A DNA stretch of 64,000 nucleotides. Source: Chloroflexota bacterium. GTDB taxonomy: Bacteria; Chloroflexota; Limnocylindria; Limnocylindrales; CSP1-4. The stretch lies in NCBI GenBank assembly GCA_030447745.1, contig JAUJOH010000003.1, positions 38,727 through 102,726 on the forward strand, written 5' to 3'. A model generated the notes under the pieces. It did not search any database and had not been told where the DNA came from. It worked only from the letters and a program-made list of their open reading frames with translations. A program made the position numbers and the translations under genes. Positions 27,975-36,500 of the stretch are shown here, in pieces. Within the stretch, counting starts at the first letter, position 1. Each line of letters opens with the position of its first letter.

Positions 27975-28906
27975 GGCGCGTCCGTCCGTCGGACCGCGAT
28001 GCGTCGCAGGAGGACCGTCGTGGCGACGATCAACATGATGACCATCACGTACGCGGTCGCCGCGGCGTACCCGTAGTTCTGGAACTGGAAGCCGTTCTGG
28101 AAAGCGAGGAAGCTCAGCGTCGTGGTCGCGCGCGCCGGTCCGCCATACGAGAGCCCGTAGACCAGGTCGAACGACCGGAATGCGTCGATGGCACGGAAGA
28201 TCGCCGCGAATGTGATGGCCGGCATGAGCAACGGGAGCGTGATGCGCGACAGCATGCCGAGCCGCCCCGCACCGTCGACCTGCGCTGCCTCGAACACGTC
28301 ACGCGGCAGCACCTGGAGTCGGGCAAAGACGATGAGGAAGACGAATGGCGTCCATTGCCAGACATCCACCAGGATGAGCGTCCGGATCGCCCACTCCGTG
28401 GAGCCCAGCCAGTTCGGCGGGTCGACGCCCACGAGTTCCATTCCCCAGTTGACGATCCCCCAATCCGGGTTCAGCAGCGCCCGCCACATGACGCCCACGA
28501 CGATCGGGGTGAGCAGCATCGGCAGGATCAGCGCGCCGCGCACGAACCATGAGCCACGCAGGTGCAGGTTGAAGAACAGGGCAAGGGCCGTGCCGAGGAT
28601 CACCTGGATGCTCACGGCGGCGCCCACCATCACAGCGGTGTTGAACGTCGCGTTCCAGAAGAACTCGTCCGACAGCAGCTCCGCGTAGTTCCCGAGCCCG
28701 ATGAACGATCCGGTCGAGTCGGCGGCACGCAGGTCCGTGAATGAGATGTACAGGCTATACAGCAGCGGGAACAGCGAGAACGCGATCAGATAGAGCACGC
28801 ACGGCCCTAGGAGGAGTGCGACGTCCCGTTCCGGAACGAGCCGGCGCGCGGCCACCGGAGTGGTCGGGCCCGCCGGCGCAGTCGTCTGCGGGACCGCACC
28901 AGCCAT
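27971..28906 (-). CDS. carbohydrate ABC transporter permease (MalF-like)
   Basis: Polytopic, with an EAA-type loop (..FEAAQVDGAGRLGMLSRITLPLLMP..). Overlaps the next permease by 4 nt. Confidence 0.85.
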   Translation of the reverse strand: MAGAVPQTTAPAGPTTPVAARRLVPERDVALLLGPCVLYLIAFSLFPLLYSLYISFTDLRAADSTGSFIGLGNYAELLSDEFFWNATFNTAVMVGAAVSIQVILGTALALFFNLHLRGSWFVRGALILPMLLTPIVVGVMWRALLNPDWGIVNWGMELVGVDPPNWLGSTEWAIRTLILVDVWQWTPFVFLIVFARLQVLPRDVFEAAQVDGAGRLGMLSRITLPLLMPAITFAAIFRAIDAFRSFDLVYGLSYGGPARATTTLSFLAFQNGFQFQNYGYAAATAYVMVIMLIVATTVLLRRIAVRRTDAP

Positions 28907-28930
28907 CGCGGCGCAACGACCTAGGCAGGA

Positions 28931-30448
28931 TCAGGCTAGCGCGCCGGCCTTGCGAAGGATCGCCTCCCATTGCCTCTGGACGTTGGCGCACGCGCTGGCT
29001 GCATCCTGATCCCCGATCAACGCCTTGTTGAATTCGACGTTCATCACGTCGTTCATCGCGAAGAAGTCGTTGAGGATGGTCGTCTCGATGGGCTGCGCGT
29101 TTGCGTTCGCCTCACCGGCCACGGGAAGGTACGGGAACTTGGCGACGAGCTCGGGATCGTTGAACGTGGAGTCCCGGCTGGCGTCGATCTGGTACGCCTC
29201 CACGAAATACTTGTTCATCTCCTTGCTGGTGATCCAGGTAAGGGCACGCCAGGCTGCCGGCTTGACCGCGGGATCGACGTTCTTCGGGATCCCGACCCCC
29301 CAGCCGCCAAGGATTGCGCGGGGAGTCTGCCCGGGGCCGGCTGGGACCGGCGTCACGTCCGTTGTTTCGGCGACCAGCGAGGTCTCCGGGTTGAACACAG
29401 GCCCGGCGATCGTGGACCAGAAGATCATCTGCGCGATCTTGCCCGTCGAGAACGCGTCGACGTTCTCCGCGAAACCGTACGTGGTGACGTTCTCGGGCGC
29501 GAACGGTAGGACGTCGATGAGCATCTGGAGGGCGCCGACGGCCTCCGGGCTGTTGAGGTTCGGCTTGAAGTCTTTGGTCGTCGGGCTGCCGGTCATGAGC
29601 TGCCCACCCGTCGTGATGAAGCGCGTGTACCAGTCGACGGTCGCCAGCGAGAAATCGTTCGCGCCGATGAAGCTGCAACCGGCGACCTCATCCGTGTGGA
29701 GCTTCTCGGCGGCAGCTCTGAACTCGTCCCACGTCTTGGCTGGCTGGAGACCCGCGGCGTCGAACAGGTCCTTGCGGTAGAAGTAGACCACCGAGCCGCT
29801 GTGCAGGCCGGGGATACCGTACACGTCCGACCCGGCACCCAACTTCTGATTTTCCAGGTCGTAGATCCCGACGTTCTTCAGGTTGCTGTCGGCGAAGTCC
29901 TCAAAGTCCCAGTTCGGGTCGGTCTCAGCCGGGTCCTCGATGTACGCGTTGAGCTGCTCGAAGTAGCCGCCGCCCACCTGCTGTGTCGTGAGGAAGCCCA
30001 GATAGTTGATGAGTTCGAACTCCGCCTCCGGGGCCTTGAGCACCTGGAGGGTCTTTTCGATGAGTGGCCCGAGCGCCGGCGAGGTGATCTCGAGATCGAT
30101 GCCGGTCTCTTCCTTGAGCTGGCCGACCTTGTCACCGAGGGCGCGGTGGTCGTTCTCGTCCCCGGTCATGAGGATGCGGATCTTCGTTCCCGCGTACTTC
30201 ATCGGGTCGTACGCGCCGCCCGCGCCGCTTGCGGCGGAGCTCGCCCCGACGCCCTGGCTGGCGGCGACCGACCGAGAGGGGCTGGAGTTTGCGCCGCCGC
30301 ACGCCGCGATCACCGCCGCAATCACGCCACCGGAGAGGCCGAGCATCGTGGCACGTTGCACGAATTGCCGTCGGGTCATTCGTCCGACGAGAACATCGGA
30401 GATCGCCTGTGCCGCCAAGTCGTCACGATCGGCACGCTGCTGATCCAC
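28931..30448 (-). CDS. extracellular solute-binding protein (family 1), Tat-signal lipoprotein
   Basis: The GTG at 30448 lies 7 nt after GGAGGA. Twin-arginine signal is MTRRQFVQRATMLG and the lipobox is IAACG. It sits adjacent to two sugar permeases. No ATPase gene is in the cluster. Confidence 0.8.
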   Translation of the reverse strand: MDQQRADRDDLAAQAISDVLVGRMTRRQFVQRATMLGLSGGVIAAVIAACGGANSSPSRSVAASQGVGASSAASGAGGAYDPMKYAGTKIRILMTGDENDHRALGDKVGQLKEETGIDLEITSPALGPLIEKTLQVLKAPEAEFELINYLGFLTTQQVGGGYFEQLNAYIEDPAETDPNWDFEDFADSNLKNVGIYDLENQKLGAGSDVYGIPGLHSGSVVYFYRKDLFDAAGLQPAKTWDEFRAAAEKLHTDEVAGCSFIGANDFSLATVDWYTRFITTGGQLMTGSPTTKDFKPNLNSPEAVGALQMLIDVLPFAPENVTTYGFAENVDAFSTGKIAQMIFWSTIAGPVFNPETSLVAETTDVTPVPAGPGQTPRAILGGWGVGIPKNVDPAVKPAAWRALTWITSKEMNKYFVEAYQIDASRDSTFNDPELVAKFPYLPVAGEANANAQPIETTILNDFFAMNDVMNVEFNKALIGDQDAASACANVQRQWEAILRKAGALA

Positions 30449-30539
30449 GATCGCTTCCTCCTTCAGTGACCCGGACACAGTTCCGGCACAGGACCGCGGC
30501 AACGGTTCCGGCCGACGATACGCCGCTCCATCAGTAGTG

Positions 30540-31028
30540 TCAACAATCGGTTGTCCAATCCTCTTCGCACGGGATCCACCGCGTTTCGCGAACGCGGACG
30601 ACCACCGTGCCGTTCTGATCGCGTCCCTCGATGACGCGGTTCACGAGACCCCCGCCACCGTCGGCATCGGGGGTCGCGGACTCCACGAGGGACCGAGCCG
30701 TCAGCGTGGCCCCGGCCACGACGGTCGCCGTGAGCGCGATGCGTGCCCATCCGACGGGCACCGCACGTGCGGCATCTCGAGGGTGACACACAGCCGGTTC
30801 CGCCAGTCCGATCACGACAGCCGCGGTCAGCGCGCCAAGGACCAGCGTCTGGCCGAACGGCCCTGCCGCCGCCCGGTGTGCATCGCCGTGGACATCGCTC
30901 GCGTTGTCCGTGAGCCAGGCGAACAGCGGGTGCTCATCGGCCCCGATCGTGCGACCGCCGGGATGCTCGATCACGCCGCCCGGTGTCGCGTCCTCCAGCC
31001 ACCATCCCCGTTGTCCGCGGGGTCCCAT
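30540..31028 (-). CDS. MaoC-like (hotdog-fold) dehydratase
   Basis: Trimmed to MGPRGQRGWWLEDATPGGVIEH. The pattern is typical of MaoC (..GRTIGADEHPLFAWLTDNASDVHGD..GQTLVLGALT..). Confidence 0.7.
   Translation of the reverse strand: MGPRGQRGWWLEDATPGGVIEHPGGRTIGADEHPLFAWLTDNASDVHGDAHRAAAGPFGQTLVLGALTAAVVIGLAEPAVCHPRDAARAVPVGWARIALTATVVAGATLTARSLVESATPDADGGGGLVNRVIEGRDQNGTVVVRVRETRWIPCEEDWTTDC
30541..30556. promoter_or_regulatory. operator-like imperfect palindrome CAACAATCGGTTGTCC upstream of the SBP gene
   Basis: It shares the core ACAATCGnTTGTC with the perfect palindrome at 33084-33099. It lies ~93 nt upstream of the SBP start and overlaps the MaoC stop codon. Confidence 0.4.
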
Positions 31029-32158
31029 CACAGCTTGGCCAGGATTCCGGCCGGGTCCTCGTGCGGCTGGCTCCGAACCCAATCCGCGTCGACCAAGCGC
31101 CCGAACCCGGGCACCTCCGGCAATGCGCCCATCCGACCACCCGGGTCGATGCCCGGCTGAAGGAGTGGGTCGTCCATCGGGTGCACCCCGCTGAACGGAA
31201 TCCCCCATTCGATCGGGACGTCCGTGTGCCCGAGGCCGGCGAGGACCTGACTGTGCACGTGCGGGAACATGTGGGGCGCGAAGGCCAGGTCCGCAGCGAG
31301 GATCTCGTCGATCACTCGTCGGCCGCCGGTGACGCCACCCATGCACGTGAGATCAACGCGGATCACGTCGGCGGAGCCGGCCGCGATGAGCGCCGCTGGG
31401 TAGTAGCTCCCGCCCTGTTCGTCGCCCATGGCGATCGGCACGTCGATGCGATCGCGCAACCGCCGCAGCTGGGCCGCGTCGCCTGGCGGAAACACATCCT
31501 CGAACCAACCGAGGCCGACATCCCGGATCGACTCGATGAATGACGCGGCCGTATCCACGTCTTCGTACACCCAAGCGGCGTCCATCCCGAGCCAGGCATC
31601 GGGAGCAGCCGTCCGCGCGGCGCGCAGGCGACCGGCGGATCGATCTTGGGTGGCGGCGATGGGGGCTTTGAAGCGGCGCCATCCGGCCGCGTACAACTCC
31701 ATAGTCTGGGCGCCCGTTTCCTCAGGCCCCATCGTTCCGGGCGGGTAGCCGATGATCGCGGTAGCCGGCATCGCCGCGTTGCGCCCGCCCAGCAGATCGG
31801 CGATGGAGCGATCCGCGTGACGGGCGGCCGCATCCCAGCAGGCGAGGTCAACGATGGAGAGCGCTCGGAGCCCGATGCCCGCGGCATGTGAGGCAAGGCT
31901 CCGCCGCCACGCGATCCTGAAGGTGCGCTCGCGGTCGCCGATGGCGGTGCCGACATAGACCCGGGCGATCGTCTTCCGGATCTGCTCGGCGACCGCGCCG
32001 TCCCGTGTCAGCGTATAGCTGTAGCCATCAACGTCACCGTCCGTGCGGACGCGGACCAGCGCGAACTCGCGCGTATGCATGACCCATTCGCCGAAGATGA
32101 CGGGCGCAGGCAGCTGCGCCTGGATCGTCATGACGTCGACCGCCGTAATCGTCGTCAT
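31028..32158 (-). CDS. enolase-superfamily enzyme, paralog 2
   Basis: Clearly alignable to 22401..23567 (GEWVMHTREFALVRV../GTWVMRHREFALVGI..; ..GWFEDVFPPGDA..; ..AMGDEQGGSYYP..). Confidence 0.8.
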   Translation of the reverse strand: MTTITAVDVMTIQAQLPAPVIFGEWVMHTREFALVRVRTDGDVDGYSYTLTRDGAVAEQIRKTIARVYVGTAIGDRERTFRIAWRRSLASHAAGIGLRALSIVDLACWDAAARHADRSIADLLGGRNAAMPATAIIGYPPGTMGPEETGAQTMELYAAGWRRFKAPIAATQDRSAGRLRAARTAAPDAWLGMDAAWVYEDVDTAASFIESIRDVGLGWFEDVFPPGDAAQLRRLRDRIDVPIAMGDEQGGSYYPAALIAAGSADVIRVDLTCMGGVTGGRRVIDEILAADLAFAPHMFPHVHSQVLAGLGHTDVPIEWGIPFSGVHPMDDPLLQPGIDPGGRMGALPEVPGFGRLVDADWVRSQPHEDPAGILAKL

Positions 32159-33036
32159 CGATCCGCACCGGCGCTGGTCGCCCAGGCGCCGAGAGCCATG
32201 AAGCCACCGTCGACGTTGAGCGCCTCCCCGGTGATGAACGACGCGGCGTCGCTGGCCAAGAAGACCGCGGCCGCACCTATGTCGGCCGGCGTGCCTATCC
32301 GACCAATCGGGTGGGCGGCGCCGTAGCGGCGCACGTTCTCGTCCTCGTCACCGCCCTCCGCCCTGGCCAAGGCGCGGACCATCGCCGAGTCGATGGTGCC
32401 GGGGCAGATGGCCACAACACGGATGCCTTCCCGAGCGTGGTCCATTGCCATCGCCCGGGTCAGCGACAGAACGCCGCCCTTGCTCGCCGCGTACGCGGCC
32501 ACGCGGGGCATCGACTGGAGGCCTTGCACGCTCGCCATGTTTACGATCGTGCCGCCGCCCACAGCGCGCATGTGCGGCAGGGCGGAACGTGACATCAGAA
32601 ACATGCCCTTGAGGTTGACGTCCAGGACGCGGTCCCAGATCGCCTCGCTGATCTCGTCCACGGCTCCGTACCACTCCAGCGGGAAGATGCCGGCGTTATT
32701 GACCAGGACGTCCAATCGGCCGAACGCGGCGACCGTCTCGGCAACCATCCGTCCCGCGTCGGCCGCTACGGACACGTCCCCGGCCGTCGCGATCACGCGC
32801 GCCGCAGACCAGCCCCGTTTCGCCGCGCCATGTCCTGCCTGGGCGGCAGCGTCGGTAAGCTCCGCGACCGTCGTCGTCGCGGCCTCGGCGTCGATGTCCG
32901 CGACGCCGACCGAGGCGCCGGCGGTGGCGAAGGCATGGGCGATGCCCTTGCCGATCCCCAGCGCGGCGCCCGTGACGAGGACCACGCGACCACGGAAGTC
33001 ACCCGGCGGATGGCCAGTTCGGGTGATGTCCACCAT
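32155..33036 (-). CDS. short-chain dehydrogenase/reductase (SDR)
   Basis: TGAALGIG motif and AAYAASKGG (YxxxK). ATG at 33036; the ORF-track start at 33039 is a TTG. Confidence 0.85.
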   Translation of the reverse strand: MVDITRTGHPPGDFRGRVVLVTGAALGIGKGIAHAFATAGASVGVADIDAEAATTTVAELTDAAAQAGHGAAKRGWSAARVIATAGDVSVAADAGRMVAETVAAFGRLDVLVNNAGIFPLEWYGAVDEISEAIWDRVLDVNLKGMFLMSRSALPHMRAVGGGTIVNMASVQGLQSMPRVAAYAASKGGVLSLTRAMAMDHAREGIRVVAICPGTIDSAMVRALARAEGGDEDENVRRYGAAHPIGRIGTPADIGAAAVFLASDAASFITGEALNVDGGFMALGAWATSAGADR

Positions 33037-33083
33037 CAAATCCCTTGATCGCGGAGGCCGGTTGAGGTTCGATGCTGGATCGC

Positions 33084-33099
33084 TGACAATCGATTGTCA
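33084..33099. promoter_or_regulatory. perfect 16-bp palindrome TGACAATCGATTGTCA (candidate operator)
   Basis: It lies ~50 nt upstream of the first gene of the SDR-enolase-MaoC unit. The central CG and AT-rich arms are conspicuous in this GC-rich DNA, and the architecture is LacI-family-like. Confidence 0.5.
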
Positions 33100-33489
33100 A
33101 GCCAGTCCGCCAGACCGAGTAGCATCCAAGAAGATGCGTGACGTCCCGGACCTGCACCGGTCGGACGGATGCTGGATCGGCTCGGACTCACTGGCGCGGA
33201 TCTCGCGGAGGCGCTTGAGGCCACCGGCCGGGCAAATCCGGGTCGCCTACCAGCGTGACGAAACCGTGATCACGTGCGAGCGCACGGTCCTCGTCTACAG
33301 CCGCGTCGCGCGCTCCACAGCCCCGCTCTGACTCATGTCGCGCCCTCCGCGCGGCACGCGCCCGCTCCCGCCGGTTGACAGCCGTGCAATGCCGCCGTGT
33401 TGCGCGGTCGGCACACCACGACGGCCAGACCGCGGCCCTTGGCTGTGATCCGGGCCGCCGGGTACAGGACCGTTGGCGGTTGCGGTGCG

Positions 33490-34392
33490 TCAACGGGTCG
33501 GCAACCGAGAGCGTCGGAGGTCGACAGGATCCCGCTCGATCAGCCCCTCCGCTGCCATCGCGGCGAGCGCCAGGTCGACCGCGGCCGCGTCGTGCTCGCC
33601 GACCGGTCCGCCCATGTCGACCCACCCGTCACCGTGCGCGTCGCGAAGCCGGTCCAGCAGCCGGCCCCGGAGCCAGCGCGAGGTCGACGGGAACCGTGGC
33701 GCGGACGCCGCGCCCGATGACCGCGGGGCACGCGTCGACGCCGTCCGCGAAGGGACGTGGCCCTCCCCTGCCTCGGCGGCGAACCGGCACCACGCGCGGA
33801 CCGGGCACGCACCGCAGTCCGGACGTGTCGCCCGGCAGACGGTCGCTCCGAGATCCATGAGCGCATGCGTCCAGTCGGCCGGGCGCTCCGCGGAGACCGC
33901 GTCATCGGCAGCCGCCTGAAGCGGGCGCGGTGCAACACCCGATGAACCACGCACGATCCGCGACAGGACGCGGCGCACGTTCGTGTCGACCGCCCCGACC
34001 GCCTGTGCGAACGCGAGGGCCGCCACGGCACGCGCCGTGTAGGGCCCGACGCCGGGCAGGGCCGCGAGCGCCGCGACCTCGGACGGTACGACGCCGCCGT
34101 GGCGCTCCACGATCGTCCGCGCCGCGCGCCACAGGTTGAGTGCCCGCCGGTTGTAGCCCAGCCCGCGCCACTCCCGCAGGACCTCGGCCGGCGTGGCCGC
34201 CGCGAGTGCGGCAACGGTCGGGAACCGGCCCAGGAAGGAGACCCACCGCTCCGCGACGCGCGCGACCTGTGTCTGCTGCGCCATCGCCTCCGAGACGAGG
34301 ATCGCGTACGGGTCGCGGATCCCGCGAAACGGCAGCGTCCGGCCCTGGGCGTCGTACCAGTCGAGGATCGCGGAGGCTGCCTCCGGTGGCAT
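33490..34392 (-). CDS. mutY: A/G-specific adenine DNA glycosylase
   Basis: HhH-GPD features (..LPGVGPYTARAV..VDTNVRRV..) and the 4Fe-4S loop CRATRPDCGACPVRAWC. The start at MPPEAAS was chosen; the ORF extends to 34446. Confidence 0.85.
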   Translation of the reverse strand: MPPEAASAILDWYDAQGRTLPFRGIRDPYAILVSEAMAQQTQVARVAERWVSFLGRFPTVAALAAATPAEVLREWRGLGYNRRALNLWRAARTIVERHGGVVPSEVAALAALPGVGPYTARAVAALAFAQAVGAVDTNVRRVLSRIVRGSSGVAPRPLQAAADDAVSAERPADWTHALMDLGATVCRATRPDCGACPVRAWCRFAAEAGEGHVPSRTASTRAPRSSGAASAPRFPSTSRWLRGRLLDRLRDAHGDGWVDMGGPVGEHDAAAVDLALAAMAAEGLIERDPVDLRRSRLPTR

Positions 34393-34492
34393 GACCGGCC
34401 GGTCGCCGACGGGTGGCGGTCGCACGTTCGCACGATATCGGAACACCGCGAACCTCCGACGGCTGGCTGAGGTCCGAGCTGCGCTGCGCCGA

Positions 34493-35449
34493 TCAGGCGC
34501 CAGCCCGGGCCGGCGCCTCCGACTGCTCGAGCGTCCGGGTCCGGTTCACCACTGCCGCGAGCGCCTCGATGAACCGCGGGTGCACGTTGAGCGACACGAC
34601 CCGGGTGAAGTGGAGACCCGCCGCCTCGGCCTGTTCGCGGGCTCCGACGTCGACGTCGTAGAGGATCTCCAGGTGATCCGCCAGGAACTGGATCGGCGCC
34701 ACCACCACGCTCCGATGACCCGCGGCCGCGAGCCGCGGCATCAGGTCGGCGAAGTCCGGCTTCATCCACTCGCCCGGCTCGTGACCGGCGCTCTGCCAGC
34801 AGAACGTCCAGCGATCGCGGGGCAGCTCGGCGCGCTCGGCGATGTCGCTGGCGGTCGTCTCGAGCTGCTCCAGGTAGTCCGGCTCCTGCTCCGCGACGCG
34901 CCGCGGCAGGCTGTGCGCGGTCAGGAGGACCGGCGCCACCTCACGCTCGTCCGCGCCGAGGGACGCGATCGCGTCGCGCAGCCGGTCGGCGAGCGCGTCG
35001 AGGAAGGCCGGCTCGCGGTGCCACGCCCCGGCGACGCTGACCGCCGGCGCGTTGCCGCCCAGCTCTGTCCGCGCAGCGTCGAGCGCGCGGGCGTAGCCGC
35101 CCATCAGCAGCGGCGAGAACTGCGGCGACAGCACGATCGCAACGACCTGATCGACGCCCGCCGCGGCGAGGTCCGCCAGCTGCTCGGCGATCGTCGGCGA
35201 CGAGAAGCGCATCGCGGCCCGGACCATCGCCGCGTCGCCGAGCCGCCGCTCGAGCGCCGCTGCCTGGTCCCGGGTGATCGCGACGAGCGGCGACCCCCCG
35301 ATCACTGCGTACCGGCGGCGAAACTCCTCGACGAGCTCCGGCTCCGGCTGCCGACCGCCGCGAACGGCGGCCATGTACCGCGCGACGTCGTCGAGCGACG
35401 ACGGCGACCCGTAGGTCATGAGCAGCACGCCGTACGGGCGGTCAGGCAT
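34493..35449 (-). CDS. hemH: ferrochelatase (coproporphyrin ferrochelatase type)
   Basis: Trimmed to MPDRPYGVLLMTYGSP. It also has ..LLTAHSLP.. and ..QSAGHEPGEWMKPD.. The start overlaps the upstream gene stop by 8 nt. Confidence 0.9.
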   Translation of the reverse strand: MPDRPYGVLLMTYGSPSSLDDVARYMAAVRGGRQPEPELVEEFRRRYAVIGGSPLVAITRDQAAALERRLGDAAMVRAAMRFSSPTIAEQLADLAAAGVDQVVAIVLSPQFSPLLMGGYARALDAARTELGGNAPAVSVAGAWHREPAFLDALADRLRDAIASLGADEREVAPVLLTAHSLPRRVAEQEPDYLEQLETTASDIAERAELPRDRWTFCWQSAGHEPGEWMKPDFADLMPRLAAAGHRSVVVAPIQFLADHLEILYDVDVGAREQAEAAGLHFTRVVSLNVHPRFIEALAAVVNRTRTLEQSEAPARAGA

Positions 35450-36500
35450 GGGCGGGAACCTCTTCGGCGACCGTCGCGCGCGCGGCCGCGCTTCGGTCGT
35501 GGACATGGCGGGCGACGTCGCGCAGCACGGTCGGGTCCGCGTCGCGCGGTGCCGCCTCGCCCAGGTTGAAGACGTGACCGGATCCGTCGGCCGCCGCGAG
35601 CACCTCGTCCGCGCCGCGCCGCGCCAACGCGGAACCGGCGAGGACGAGCGCCGGATCGAGGTTCCCCTGCACCGGGCGTGCGGCGCCCAGCGTCCGGCGG
35701 GCGGCGGCGATGTCCTGGCGGGAATCGACGCCGACCACCGTCCCGCCCGCCGAAGCGACCTCGTCGAGCAGGAGCGAGGAACGGGCGACGTGGTGGATGG
35801 TCGGCACGGCCACGGCGTCAAGGATCCGGCGGGCATACGGAGCGACGAAGCCAACGTACTCCGCCGCCGTCAGCGACCCCGCCCACGTGTCGAAGCACTG
35901 GATGACCTGCGCGCCCGCTTCTTCCTGCGCCCGGACGTACGCGACGGTCGACGCCGTCAGCCGCTCGAGCAGGTCGTGCCACGTCGCCGGGTCCGCGTGC
36001 ATCAGTGCGCGGGCGTGGAGCTGGTCCCGGCTCGGCGCACCCTCGACGAGATAGGCCGCCAGCGTGAACGGCCCGCCGGCGATCCCGATCACGGCGGCGC
36101 GCCCCGCCAGCTCGGCCCGGACGCGCCGGATCGCCTCGACGACGAAGCCGAGATCCGCCTCCGGGTCGACCGGCCGGAGCGCCTGCACGTCAGCAAGCGA
36201 GCGGACGGGGCGCCGGATGACCGGTCCATCGGAGGTCAGCTCGACGTCGACGCCCATCGCCCCGACCAGCAGCATGATGTCCGCGTACAGCACCGCGCCG
36301 TCCACGCCGAGCGCATCGACCGGGCCGACCGTCACCTCCGCACACAGCTCCGGCGTCCTGGAGATCTCCATCACCGAGTGCCGCTCCCGCATCGCGAGAT
36401 AGCCGGGCAGCCGACCGCCCGCCTGGCGCATGATCCAGAGCGGCGTGGCGTCGACCGGCTCGCCTCGGCAGGCCGCCAGCAGCCGCTCCGCTCCAGTCAC
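35442..36500 (-). CDS. uroporphyrinogen decarboxylase-like paralog (divergent)
   Basis: UROD fold throughout, but RQAGGRLPGY replaces RQAGRxLPEY and NLGEAAP replaces NLGHG. The GTG start overlaps the hemE stop (GTGA). Confidence 0.8.
   Translation of the reverse strand: MTGAERLLAACRGEPVDATPLWIMRQAGGRLPGYLAMRERHSVMEISRTPELCAEVTVGPVDALGVDGAVLYADIMLLVGAMGVDVELTSDGPVIRRPVRSLADVQALRPVDPEADLGFVVEAIRRVRAELAGRAAVIGIAGGPFTLAAYLVEGAPSRDQLHARALMHADPATWHDLLERLTASTVAYVRAQEEAGAQVIQCFDTWAGSLTAAEYVGFVAPYARRILDAVAVPTIHHVARSSLLLDEVASAGGTVVGVDSRQDIAAARRTLGAARPVQGNLDPALVLAGSALARRGADEVLAAADGSGHVFNLGEAAPRDADPTVLRDVARHVHDRSAAARATVAEEVPAHA

Noticed and set aside
33130-33330. Short plus-strand reading frames divergent from the sugar cluster (for example MLDRLGLTGADLAEALEATGR..), which could be a remnant regulator.
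   Set aside because: The frames are short and interrupted, no family signature could be recognised, and there is no clear start or SD sequence. This is too weak to call.
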